Below, piece after piece: positions 25,282 through 38,028 of a stretch of DNA of 64,000 bases. The DNA is from Paecilomyces variotii (Eukaryota), in the NCBI GenBank assembly GCA_004022145.1, contig RCNU01000001.1; one strand, 5' to 3'. The translations under genes and the position numbers were made by a program. Numbering within the stretch: position 1 is the first letter of the stretch; each line of letters starts with the position of its first letter. Below the pieces are notes generated by a model. The model was given only the letters and a program-made list of their open reading frames with translations. It was not told the DNA's origin and did no database searches.

Positions 25282-26733
25282 ACCCTAGTCATCGCTAAGC
25301 ATAGTTTATAAACAATGTGTTCATCGACACGCAGGATGTAGTGACGATACACCGTACGGAAGGTGAGCTAAACGTGCATATAACTGGTCTATCCTTGGTT
25401 TGATACGGCGCTCATGTTATTTTTATTCTGAATTGACTTGTCCGGATTTTTTCGCCTTATGAGCTGTCATTTGTTGGTGATACACCCTAGGCGGCGTGTT
25501 TGATGGCACTACCTTCTATTATTTGACGTTGGGGCGTTTTTCCCCCATCCCTTTACAATCATCCTTGGCTTAAAGGCCTTGCTCTCAGATGACTTAGCAC
25601 TTATGACCATTTCCCTTAGGATATGAGCATCGCAAGGCGCCCATCGAATGTCTGTCCCGTGTTCATTTGGCATATTGATTCCTAGACTTCTTGCCATACT
25701 TCCCAGATACCAGTCTTTTTGTCGCTCATCACATGATTCTGTACTTGCCTTTCGGTAGTATATCAGCTGGATTCGCAACGTAAATGTCTATTTATATGTG
25801 TGTGGGCATCGTGGAGGTCCTCTCATGCAGTAGTTTTTGCTGGCTGAGTCTTGTAATCCACGGTAACTTATATATGGAGGATGGAAGGGGAAATGTGGGA
25901 GGAGCCTGGGTTTTCGTACAGATTATCTAAAAACGAGCATTTTACGATCAAATAAATCCTTATCGAAAGCTTTACATCCTGATGCACAAGCGATATATTT
26001 CCCCTAGTCTTGGCCTCCGCCTGTAGTTGGTGCGTGGTCCTGCAACTGTACTAAGAAAAAAAAATACAGCCATAAGCCCACATATTCCCCTCTAGATCCA
26101 TATTAAAACTAGATGTGAAAGCACAAAATCAACCCCTGTTTTCAGTACCCCCTTTTCTAGCAGGATGTGCCACTGTTAAGGGACACATCATGCTGTTGAT
26201 AGATGACAGCCAGACATCAATACTCGCTTAGAGATTTCTCCTACTTTGATAATAAGCTCTCAATATGCTATTATCTACCAGTTCCGAGTGCTTCAACTAT
26301 ACTATTTAGAAACTAGTGCAAACTAGCTCGAAAATCTGAGCCAATAATATTGGGGCGGCTACACTAAACCCAATACGGCAGTGATGAAAATTTCTTTGGC
26401 GAGGTTTTTTGCTACACGGCCTGCCATTGGTCCAGGAGTCAGTGGGGGCTTTTTTACATCATGTTATTGGCCCAGGTCTTTAGTACATGCGCTAATACAG
26501 GCCGTCACAGCAAAAAGCCCACCCGCAGGGGGGTCTGAGCTTGCTGAGATAAGCTTGAATATACTTAGGGAGGTCTAGATCACGTGACGATAGTGAACAC
26601 CGAGACATCTCAAATTTAGTTAAGTACTTTGTCTCCTACTGCCTTCGCTTCATTAGCCATTAGTTATGCTATTTATGAAGATTAGGGAATCAACAATTAT
26701 GCCTCCGGAGCAAATACAATGGTATTTCAAACC

Positions 26734-28306
26734 TCATACAGGTCTTCTCCCGTAGACGACATAGCTTTTAATTATGGTAAGCTCATTGTTATGAGGGAGT
26801 TCTTGGCGGGCTGCACTCACAAGTCAAATAAGCCATGGATGTCGGGATTCCGTGCATCGCTTCGAGTCTTAGATGCGAGGATTTTCACCTCTTCCTTCGA
26901 CCACCCTTCGTACCGCGTCAATACCGCCATGGCAGCTGCCTCGAATCCTGTGTCTGCTTGCAGCATGTTCCAGAGTCCGAGTGTTTTCTTGTTAATGACA
27001 TAAGTCAGTAAACATTTGGCGAATCTGCATCAAGAATAAGAAAGTATACACACAAGACGCTTGTCCTTGGGCCACGCTCCCAACGGGACAAGAAACTTCT
27101 CAACATGAATATCCACAAATCCGGCTTCGCGAAACCATCCTTCCAGGTGTGGTCCAGGAGCTGGTTCAACTCCTAGTCTATTGAAAGCTGGGATGGTGAG
27201 GTCGTAGTATTGTTGAAGCGACGTTCCATGAGTCGACCGGTCCTCTGAATGTAATCTGGTGTCCCAATCTTGAAACTCGACCCACCCTCCTGGAGTAACG
27301 TTGCTACACGGTTTAGCGGCATAAAACCTAGCGAGGACTGTTACTCTAACCTGTAGCACTGTCGCAGTAGTCTAGGAAAATCCTTGACAGTCGTTGCCAT
27401 ATAACGTGCATGAATGTAGTCAAACTTTTGGTCTCCGTACGCCCAATCATCTTCAAAGTCATCTATGATGAACTTGACATTTGGAGGGACACTTCGTTTA
27501 TCAATTAGGTGGGTTTTTAGAGACCTTTGCGAGGACTGTCCACTTACTAGCTTGGTTGGATAGGGCTTAGATCATTTCCCCAGACCTGTCGCCAAGTAAG
27601 TAAAACGATTACCATAAAGTTTCATGGGGACAAATCACCTCTGTGGAAGGGAACATATCGGCTACATATCACATATTGCACCGGGTCAGATACGGGAAAT
27701 ACTTTATCGCTCTTTGGATCTTACCAAAATCTATGGCCCACACGCCAGTCCCGGTACCCAGATCCAGAACCTTATCCGCTGAATCGCCTATCGGTGCCAG
27801 AAAAAGTTTCCGGTCCAGCATTGTCAACATCATTTCGTGCATTATATCGAGCCGTTCTTTTTCGTCTTCGTCATTTGGAAGTTGGTAGGCTTTGCTCCAT
27901 GTTAGTGGTGTACCACAATATAAATTAAGTTTTTATTTGGCACTCACTGCCATCATGATATGCATGGTAGCGTCTACCGTTTTCGTTGCGGTAGTTCAGA
28001 ATGGACGACGTGACGGACGCGGTGAAAGTAGTCCTAGGACATATGTTAGCGTCTTAATATTTTAGACATAGATAAAGCTCTCCGACAGTTCGTCTCCATA
28101 AGTAGAGTCATTTTCAGTAGCCTGTAGCGAATCAATTAGAAATCATGGTGGCTATCACAAGGGCTAGGAGTAACACAAACCCTGTCATCAACCTCGACAT
28201 TAACCGTTGTAGGTGCTGGGTTGGCAGGCCTGGGAGATGTAGCCCTGGGAGACGTAGCCCTGGGAGACGTGGCCCTGGCAGGCGTAGCTCTGGGAGATGT
28301 AGCCAT
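26734..28306 (-). CDS. LaeA-like/TAM SAM-dependent methyltransferase, 10 exons (353 aa)
   Basis: Exons 28306-28181, 28121-28087, 28033-27948, 27889-27725, 27661-27639, 27585-27548, 27491-27351, 27303-27054, 26987-26821 and 26764-26734 (total 1062 nt). Motifs ENGRRYHAY, LPNDEDEKERLD, VLDLGTGTGVWAIDF, GNDLSPIQP, VPPNVKF, PGGWVEFQD and YVVYGRRP. Confidence 0.92.
28229..28303 (-). repeat. 15-bp coding minisatellite x5 encoding (ATSPR)n
   Basis: Plus-strand units cctgggagatgtagc, cctgggagacgtagc, cctgggagacgtggc, cctggcaggcgtagc and tctgggagatgtagc. Confidence 0.9.
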
Positions 28307-30910
28307 CTCTCTCACGATGCGCAAAGGCACTCTTCTAGACTTTGCAATTGGACAGGGAGGGGAGGAATAGTATAAAGCTCTCCAAAAGTGCAACCTGAGA
28401 AAATAGATACGATGCAGGGACCGCTAGGACGAGGGTTATGAGAACAGAAAAACCACTGAACCTGGACCCGACGCAAAAGAACTGACGAGGCTATATAGAA
28501 CCAGCAGACGCTCTGCACTAGGAAAATAGACCAGTAGTCGTTGATGATACTGATAAAAAGTGTCAATGTGATCTACATGATCACTAGAAAAGAAAAGAAA
28601 ACAGACAGCGCGCTTGATCTAACTAGCCAGTGATAGGACGCACGGAAGAATGGCAGGGAATTCCGGCCGCCGCGTCCGGCTGTAAATGCAGCGTGCGTGC
28701 ATCTGGCGAGAACAATTCTGCGGCGCAGTTCCTATCTGATGCATGGGCGTGTGGAGCAAGGTTCTTGTTTCGGTAGCGTACTGCTGTAGTATCCCCTTCC
28801 AGACCATCTGAGAAGCGGGAAGCAGCAGGGTATACCTGCGCCTTCGGGAAAAGATGATCTCATAATTCGATATATATAAAAACCTGACTCGAGCATTCTT
28901 GTGTGGAAGCATGCCGCAGAAAGAGGAACTCGGCCGACAAGGGTTGGATACGCCGTTGGAGACGGCCTCAGAAATCAAGAAGTATTGTTTCTTTCAGACG
29001 TCCCCCACTTTCTAGTTCTCTTGATAGATAGCCGTAGAGACTTTGATTTCCCCGGCTCTTGATCGCACTATGACCCATTAATGCCATCTGCCTAAATGAC
29101 AGGGCGGTATTGTCATTGGCGACGGAGATGCCGCCCCAGAGTCGTGGAGATGCGAACATGCTAGTGACTGCCGTGGTTACATTTCGGTGAGTTTAGTAAA
29201 ACCAGGCGAACAAAGAGGGCCTTTGTTTCTGGAGTTGTGGATCTGGTTGTGGAGGATCCTATCGAGGAACCGTTGGTTCGAAGACAGTCTAGATGAGTTG
29301 ACTAGTATTGTGCAGAGCAGAGGCCGGAGAGCCTTCGAAGTCCGAAGATGCAGCCTCCTAAAGACGGATAATGTCTCAGAATTGAGACTCTCGACACCGG
29401 TGCACGCAGGCGTCCAAGATCTGCAGGGCCTTTAGCCTGGTTTGTGCACTGCTGCGTAGTGACAGATAGCTTATGATTGAACTCGACGATGCGTCGGCAG
29501 AGAAACCGTAAGGAGGAGGCACATCGGTCCTCGGTAACTTTAGTGAAGCTAGGAGCGATATTATTGCCAACATCGTGTGATGTGCTCAGATAGCTCCTTT
29601 GAATAAAGCCCCCAAAGCCGGTGCTTGCATGTCGGACTAGGCCCATGTCAGTTTAAGCTCGCCCACTGAGCACACCATATAAGAACAGCTGCAGCAACAC
29701 CTGGCTCGTCCGAAGCCACCTTCTACCATCGGTATGGACGATAGTAACGATGAGACGATCTGGATCTTCTCCATGACTTGAAAATATTCTGTCTTGATGG
29801 ATGTTACTGTCGGCTTGCTCTAGAGGAATTAGTGCGCTGGCGTCGTCGTCATCGTCGTCAAAAGTACCGGCAGCACTTCGTAGATGGAAGATCCACGGAA
29901 ATGTAGATCTGCATCATTGGGATAATGTGATCTCTGTCCATTAATTTCTATTCAGCTTGGTCCGTGAAGAAAAGTAAGAACGGTCAGGATTTTTGGTTTT
30001 GTTCACGAACAGAAGGATCTGAAATTCTGAATGAGCCCTGACATTGCACTACTCGAGCATCACGATGAATGCCCCCTGTCTTAAAGGAGTCTTCACCTTG
30101 TCATTGGAAGATGTCGTGTCTGACCCCGCGTGGTGAGCGGCAAATCCAGCACTGCACGAGGCCAGCAACTACTAGTGAGTTAGTCGGCGCTTACGGTCTC
30201 CCACTCAGGCGATATTATTATCAGCAGCCCATCAAGTTGATTGCCCACATTGGTCACAATTAATTATGATCAAATCCATGTGATGTTCCAGACAGGGTGT
30301 CCGTTGGGCAACTTGCTAGGGGCATCGGTTCGAGGCCGGGAATCTCCGCTCGCGTCTACTACACCCTTGGCAAATACAGTCGAAGACACTCGATAACGCC
30401 ATAGGCGTTCCAATCAAATAATGACTGCATAACAGAACGTGTGGGCCATGCACGGGCAAAACGCTCAGTGAAGGAATTTCTAGCACTCGTATGTAGTTGT
30501 GGACCAATGGTCAGTCGCTCAGTGGGGATATAATCGACCATTCTATTGATGTAGATAGCTGAAAAGACAAAGGGAGAGGAGCGAAGATCCACCAGGACAT
30601 ACTCAAATTTGTTGCCTACGGAGTTCGAGTCTCGCCTCGAATCACCGGAGAGCGATAATGTAACTAGTGTTCATACTAAAAGTGAAAGCGAAGGGAGACT
30701 GCAACCACAGAGCTGACGACACGCCGTCGAATCATGATCAGAAATAGTAGAAATTACGAACCCCGGAAAGATGGTGCATCAAGCCCAATAACAACACCGA
30801 ACCGCGCTGGCTTGCATCAGCTCAGGCGACGCTCTTAGTGAAAGATCGCCAATAGCAGACCCCATTGAACCGCAGAGGACAATCTGATCGGGCAAAGAAG
30901 ACAGGACACT

Positions 30911-33608
30911 TCAGGATAAAGCCATCACTCCTGATTGCTTTTCGTTCTCGTATTCTTGGTCGCTAGCGCAGAGAATGTCATACTCCTCGTCAGTAAAATA
31001 ACCATTGTCACTATCATCGCCATCGAGGGTCAAATGCTCCACGTCTTCAACAAGATCGTGCTCATCCATATTAGACAGGGACGGGGCTACCGGAGCTGCC
31101 GGACCAGAAGCCATGGCTTCATGAGAGCTCGTCACAGGGGATTCCTTGTCGAGCCTTGGAAAGATCATGGCACTCTCATGAATGTCATTTTCTTTTCTGG
31201 AAGTATCCTCAGACTGTTCCTCTCGCTTCGTCTCTCCAGTTTCTGCAGTTTCCACCGGAGCAGATCGGGAAACTTCAGAGCTCACGCTAATATCACACCA
31301 GAGTCTATGTCCGAAGGGTGTGCCGTCAGGAAGCTTGAGACGCCAATAAGAGATAGCAGTACCCTCACGGCGGGGTGCTCTAAGTGTCACAGTGAAGTCA
31401 GCTGAAGACCCTGGCATGACTTGGTCGGAGATCTGGTTGCTCTCCATGGCATCCTTAATGGACCCGAGACCGGAGGGGGCATTGGTATCCACGTTGAACA
31501 TGGAGTCACCACCGACAAAGTGAACGCTGCAACCGGAAGGCCATGCGAGGGGCCCAGGGTTATGCAATGTCCACGTTTGCTGAATGACTTGGTTAGGTGC
31601 AACCTTGCTGCCGTCGGACACTGTGTCCCGAATGAATAAGGCATGAAATTCGGCATCCCCTGGTGAAGGCTCTGGGGTAGATGTAATCTGCTCCTCGTGA
31701 GTTGAATTTTTGGGTTCAACCGTTGCATTTTCGTCATGTTCGGCTACACTGAGCTTCTCCTTCGCGTGTAGTTCAGTCTGTACCTCGGAGATGGCATGGC
31801 TCCGATCGGCATCCATACTGAAAACTGGTACTGTCGGTTTAATGTCGTCGCCCATCTTAAGAACGTTTCCACAGGCTCCGTCATCACCAAATGTACTGAC
31901 AGTAACACTGCGTACAGGCGTCCTGAATTTAATCAAAGGATGGGTCCGGTTATGGCTGTTTGTCGGAAGAGCCTCACAAGCAGCGCAGAAATCGGTGTCG
32001 TGGCACACTGCACATTTGTAGCGGACACCTGTAATGTATGTTGCAGAAGGCTTGTCCTTGCAAAGTGGACCATCACAGAAAATGCCGTAATGAACTTCCT
32101 GGCTTGTTGATGGCTCAGCAATTTCTCCGTATATGGGAACAAACCGATGGCCAGGGTGATTCAGGGGAGCATCCCTGGCACACTCCCAACAGTAGTCCCA
32201 GTCGGGGCATGTTAGGCACTTATGGCGGACGCCCATAATGCGCTGCGATATGTTAGCCCGTAACACCTAAACGTAGTACATAGACCTTACCTTGTCACAA
32301 CCATCACAGATGGCTGCATGGGCATGCTGACGGCCTGGGCGACACTTGGCCAGAACCAAATTCTTCAAGCAGAACTTCTGCTCACGGATCAGAGAGAAAA
32401 TGTGAGCAGGGTTATGGCCGTGAGAATCTTTGAGTAGACATGTCAGGCAAAGATCATAATCTTCGCAATCTTCACAAGACACCATCTTAGCCTCGTCAAA
32501 TTCTGCGGTAGAGTCAGTAATTGGAATTTTCACTGCCACTGGATGCAAGGCTAACCTTTGAAACACGCATTGCAAGTACGGGCACTCGTATCTTGCAGCG
32601 TCTCCGACGAAGCAAGGATAGGCTCAGTCGCCCTCGAAGTAAACTCTGGTGCCGGAGCTGAGACAGACTCGGAGCTCTCTTCTTTCGGTTCCACCTCAAC
32701 TTCGGTCTTGCGAGGAGCTATGGTCTCGGTCGTACTGTTGGTCACGATACCATCCTTGACAAAGCGCTTAATCAACCAATGGTCATCTCCGTTGCAGGAA
32801 ACGCCCGCGTCGACACACTGCTGGCATATATCATAGTCACCGTCGTCACAGATGCTACAGTGGTAGTGTTCATTTGGAATGGACTGGCCGCAGCTGTTAC
32901 AATCGATACAGAAGGCCCCATTGGCGGAATTGTGAGAGGGCACTAGAACCGGATGGCTGCGTGTATCCTGGCCAAGTGTAAAAACCCGATAGCGCAACTG
33001 TGGCTGATCAGATCCTTTATGGAATAACTGTGCAGATGGACCGATGAGGGCCTCGCTCTTGTTCAAGTCGCCTGTGGTCGCAGGAAGAAACCTCGGATTG
33101 GCTGCCACGGGAGGCAGAATTTCAGACTTCACCTGGGAAATCAGGTCCGGCCCCGAAGGGATATTCTCCGCGTCTTTGTGCTGCACAAGGCTGCTTATTT
33201 CAGCGACCTGGGGCGTAGCAGCAGCGGTTTCTGATCCATTGACAAAGACAGTTCTAATACGGAGCTTGAGTTTAGCTTTAGCAGCACGGTAGAGCTGCTT
33301 ATATACTGCAGGATCCTCGCTATCGAGGCGGACATAACAGGCGGCACTATCGGAATAGCGTTCGAAAGCGACGTCCACGTCCGACGGGATCGAAAGAAGT
33401 TCGCGCATCTATCGGGTCGAATACGTCAGTATACGAGACTGGAGCTTCAGCCGGAGCTGTGACTCGAACGCACCTTCTGCGGGAATACACGAGCTCCGAG
33501 GTCTCGTAGAGGGATCTTAAAACGCCTACTGGTGAGACTATAGAGAACTTTGACCGTAATCAAAGTGTCCGGCCCCACAGGGGTCGTTGTAGGCAGGGGA
33601 GTAGCCAT
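30911..33608 (-). CDS. NBR1: NBR1-type selective autophagy receptor (PB1-like, 4 ZZ zinc fingers, FW domain, C-terminal LIR/AIM; 843 aa)
   Basis: Exons 33608-33474, 33408-32556, 32502-32291 and 32242-30911. Four CxxC...CxxCxD[YW/T]D-type ZZ fingers. FW domain QTWTLHNPGPLAWP...SYWRL...GHRLWCDI. Acidic AIM DEEYDIL. Confidence 0.88.
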
Positions 33609-34796
33609 GATGTGAATCGTCGTTTATGTTGCGTAGTATGCTGCGGACGGCGGTGTACAGCTCCTTATAGATAAGGGTGCTACACCAGATAAGATGGAGA
33701 AGGTTCCACGCGACAAGAGCACTCCGGACTAGCCGGAGAGAGGGGATTAATCAACAGAAATACCAGAACGCGGATGAAGCAAAGAGAAAAGATGGTAAAG
33801 GTGATGAACGGCAGAGGATGGACGAAGGGAGGATGAGGAGACGATGAGGTAGGAGAGTGAGTGTCTGGCAGTTAGGTTACTGCTGCGTATTATAAGGGCT
33901 AGGCAGCGCCCATGGGATGAGGTGACCGCCTTCCGCCTTCGGCGCATCATTCCGTGGCGAATTGCGAAGAGGACGGAGTAAGCCGTCAGATCTGCTTCAA
34001 CTTAATACTTCACATCTAGACCTGGGGTAGCGGCATATTCGATGGGAAATTTACGATCTGATAAGGCCCCTTGAGATGCAACTATCCGGAGGTAATTTCA
34101 GACACAGACCTCAAATCAGGAAAACGCGGCTGATGACAACTAGTTACAGTACAGTTCTACGGAACCGTCTACAGTACAGCCTGACATTCTATTCTGCTCC
34201 TGAAACTCATGTTTTGAGTTTTTGGACGCCAGAAGAAAACTTTGTGCACGACCAAACTGGCTATCATTACTACGTCACAGATGCATAAAGAAGCATGAAT
34301 GACTTTTATTCACCTTCGCTCCGCATGTGCAAAAAAAAAGGTGCACGAACTCAGCTCATCCAGCAGTACTAAAACAACATTTGGAGAGACAAGAAATAAC
34401 CCCATAGCAGGATGGAGTAGGAAGGGGAGGGGGGAGTAGCCCATCAGGAACCGGTTGAAGAACTGGGTGACGAGATAGATAAAGGAAGGAAAAGATGGGA
34501 CAACCGGCTCCTCAGTCGACTACACACAATACGCGTCCAAGGAAAGGAAGAGAGTAAGCGCTGAAATGTATAGAGAAGCATGACGTGACGAAGATAAATA
34601 GGCATGATAAAGGTGATAAGCGCAGCCCGGCAACTAGACGCGATATAAGGAGGCGGAATCTAACAGCCGGTTCCCCCACAACTTCAGAAGAACGAGAATG
34701 GCATAAAATATGTGGCAAGATATAGCACCTGCACGAAGGAGAGAATGCCCCCCTAAGATGGGGTAGACGGTAAATATGATCTTCGTCAATCCTGAC

Positions 34797-36916
34797 TTAT
34801 TGAGGGGGATAGTATACACCTGGTGGGGGTTGAGGGTAGTAGTAAGTAGCGGTTGGAGGAGTCATCATCCCACCCATACCAACGACGCCTCCAGGACCCG
34901 GTGCAGGTACAGCGTAGGGAGGGTTGGAATACATCTGCGTCGTATCGTAGAAGTACACCGTACCACCTGCCTCGTGTGCTACTGTCCCGGTTGGCGCAGG
35001 CTGCTGCTCGTTCGCTGAGGAAGTAGCCGGCACAACGTATGGGACCTGCTGTCCAGCTGGCACAAAGGCAGGAGCAGCGCCCGCAGGACCAACTGGAGCG
35101 CTGAAAGGAGGATACTCTGCATTTGGCGGTGGATAGAAAACGGCACCTGGCTGGTAGGCAGCAGGATAATATGGTTGGGATTGCTGAAAGCCATATGGCT
35201 GAAATGGTACGGCGTGGATAGCGCGCTCAGGGATTTGTGACAGAGGTGTCCCCGAGGCTTGACTATGATGGGAGGTGTGTCGGCTATGAGGGGGGAAACC
35301 AGACGCATCCGCTCCGTAAAGGCCACCACCAACAGGCAAGGGGACCTGTTGATGGAATGGCTGCTCCTTCTGCGGCTGAGGAGGATTGAATGGAAAGCTT
35401 GCAGGACTCTCGATATCAGCCACGGACACAGTCTTCTGCGGACGAGGCTGGTGCATTGGAATCGGCGCGGGGCGACTCTCACGGTAAGCGGGATTCGCAT
35501 GCGGAACATATGGTGGAGGCGGAATCGTGCCAGGAGGCGCGGCATTTGAGACGCTTGGTGATGGAAATGCAGCAGGAGGCCGAGTCGGGGGCAAGCGAAC
35601 GACAGGTTTACCATTCTCAGTCGTGATCACAGTCTGTCTAGATCGAACTGAACCGGCTGGAGAGTGTACACCTTCCCGAGACGCTGCTCGTCCTAGAGAC
35701 GATCTTCGACTCATAGACATGCCATGACTCGGTGAATATGCTCCATAGAAGCTAGACCTCTGTCCGGTGTGGAATCCACCGCGCCCCCGAGCACGGAAGG
35801 CCTGCTGGTTGGGTCGAAGTGCACGAGGAATGAAGATGAAAGATCTTTCTGTGGCAGGGAAAATGTACCTGGGCGGCTGGCCAGGCACAGATATACGGAC
35901 CGGTTTGTCTCGGCGCAGAGGCGGCCGATGCTGCGGAAGACGGGTGTGCTGTCTCTTCTGAACAGGAGAGCACTGAATGGGGCTTTCCATCCCCGGTAGA
36001 AACACTACCGCGGGCACATTTCCGATAAGGACCGTACTGGAGAAGGACCTATTCGGCGGGGATGATCTGGGTGCAGTAGGCACGGGTCTGGATGTATTGT
36101 GTATGTCATGGTTTGGCGCTGCAAGGTGGGATCTAGGAGCTGGGGGTGCATCTGTAGCCACAGTCTCGTGGAGGTCGTGAGTCCATTGTCCTTCGCTACG
36201 ATCCGGATTGGGCGGGCGCCTGACGAATGTAAGTAAAATAGGTAAGACATGAAATTAGCAGAAGAGGAGAACGACTCAACCTACCTTCCGATGTTTCCGT
36301 CCACGATAAGGCCATAGGGCCTTGATTTTGATTTATTAAACGGCTTGTAACCATTCGTACTCGACTCCGCCGAACGTTTGCCATGAGAGAATCCGCCAGA
36401 CGTCGACGTTGCCCGACTATCGCCGCGCTCCTTACTCTGATCCTGATCCCGACGCCTTCTGTCCGTAAAGCTCCCAGACCTAGGTTCCGTAGGTGGCGCT
36501 GAAGGAGTTCTGGACACCTGGGTACCACGCTCCTTCATGTCATCGAACTGTATCTCCGCCACCTTGCTTGCACCGTGCGATATCTTCATGCCGTTTAGCA
36601 TTGCCTCCGTGTCCGACATAGTAGATGCAAATAGCGGCTTCCCCGGTGAACCGGACATTTGTTCCAACTGCGCATCCTTCGCCTCTGAGGCACGACCGTT
36701 GCTCAGGTTGTTATTCGGGTCCGCCTTCGGCGACCCCGGCGTCTCATCGTCACTCACATCGCTGCCCTCTCCGTCCGCATCGTCATCGTCTTGGTTGCTG
36801 ACTATAGAAGTTTCGCTCAGAGAGTCATCTATGAATCCGTCCGTCGAGCCTTCATCCTCTCCCTCATCTTGCCGTCTTCTTCGACTGGCGCCAATTTGTC
36901 GACGGTGAGGAGCCAT
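34797..36916 (-). CDS. CASC3/Barentsz (Btz domain)-like proline-rich protein (684 aa)
   Basis: Exons 36916-36285 and 36219-34797. The splice creates EGQWTHDLHE (Btz WxHD motif). Blocks RYIFPATERSFIFIPRALRPNQQ, SQIPERAIHA and AHEAGGTVYFYD resemble fungal homologues as I recall them. Confidence 0.75.
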
Positions 36917-38028
36917 CTAATCGATTAAAATGTAGTAGTGAAAACGGTAAGAGCGGATAAGGACGAGCTCAGGCGGTGCGTCAGAGGAACAGGGGCGAAG
37001 TCGCCCAGCGGTTGAGAGGCTGCGAAGAGTCAGGTGTAGATGGACAGAGAGGGCGGATGGAGGAATGAGTGTGGTCCTCGAAGAGACAAATCTGGCGGGC
37101 AGCGAGTTTCTTTGATTGATTAGCCCAAGCAAGCACAACCGGATGGGCCGACCCTACAGTTTCACACTGCGTTAAACGTTCGATGCGGCGAATGGACGTT
37201 GACGGTGCCGGTATGATTCAAGAGTTGGAGCATCAGCCATGACATCCATCTCTCAACACGCCCGAAATGTGAATCTGCCCGATCGGGTTTAGTGTCCATC
37301 ACTTCCCCAGCTCACCTGCAGGCAAGCTCCCGAAGTCTGGCCAGCAGACGAGAACACACTTAATATAGACGGTGCTGGGTTGCGAATGCGACAGATACCT
37401 CTTTTTTTATCTAACCAATAATAACTAGAACAGGGCGTAGTTACTCTAAACTTCTTAAGCGTCGTTTGCGGCCGTGCTCTCCATCTCGTACATTTTAACT
37501 CTTCTAGGTACGGAGCATCTACCCAAGTAGGTAGGTAGCTATCCCCGGGTACGCTAGCAGGTGATTTTCGCAATGAGGAGCAGCCTCCAGATATGGCATT
37601 CGGATCGCAAGAAATATATAGACATCGTTACGGGACCTGCGCCTGGTATAACCACCGTATATACATGAAAGAAGGAAGAATAGCACCCCAAGAGCAGGAA
37701 TAGCAACAAGCATCATGAAACACTTTTTTAGCTGTACAGCGCCATCACATCTGAGGTTATCAGAAATGTGGCATCGACACCACTTCCTATCCGTTGATCC
37801 TCCACCCTGGATTCAAGGTGTTGAGACAGATGAACTACCGGGAAAGAGTCTGGGTCGCTGGACATTCACCTTCAACTTCCCTTGGGAATGCTCAACCAGC
37901 TGCTCCTCGGTATGCAAGCGGCCAAGAGAGGCCGCTGACAACGGGGCCCTTAAGAGAACTAATGACGGTGTCCCCCAGAGCCAACATGGCTGTCAGTGTG
38001 AGATCTGTCGGGAAAGCGCGCTGCTTTC

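Noticed and set aside
30556..30640. B-box-like GAGTTCGAGTCTC (about 30620) and GGTTCGAGGCC (about 30327) as possible tRNAs
   Set aside because: No cloverleaf; only 3-bp T-stems, with no acceptor stem or proper A-box.
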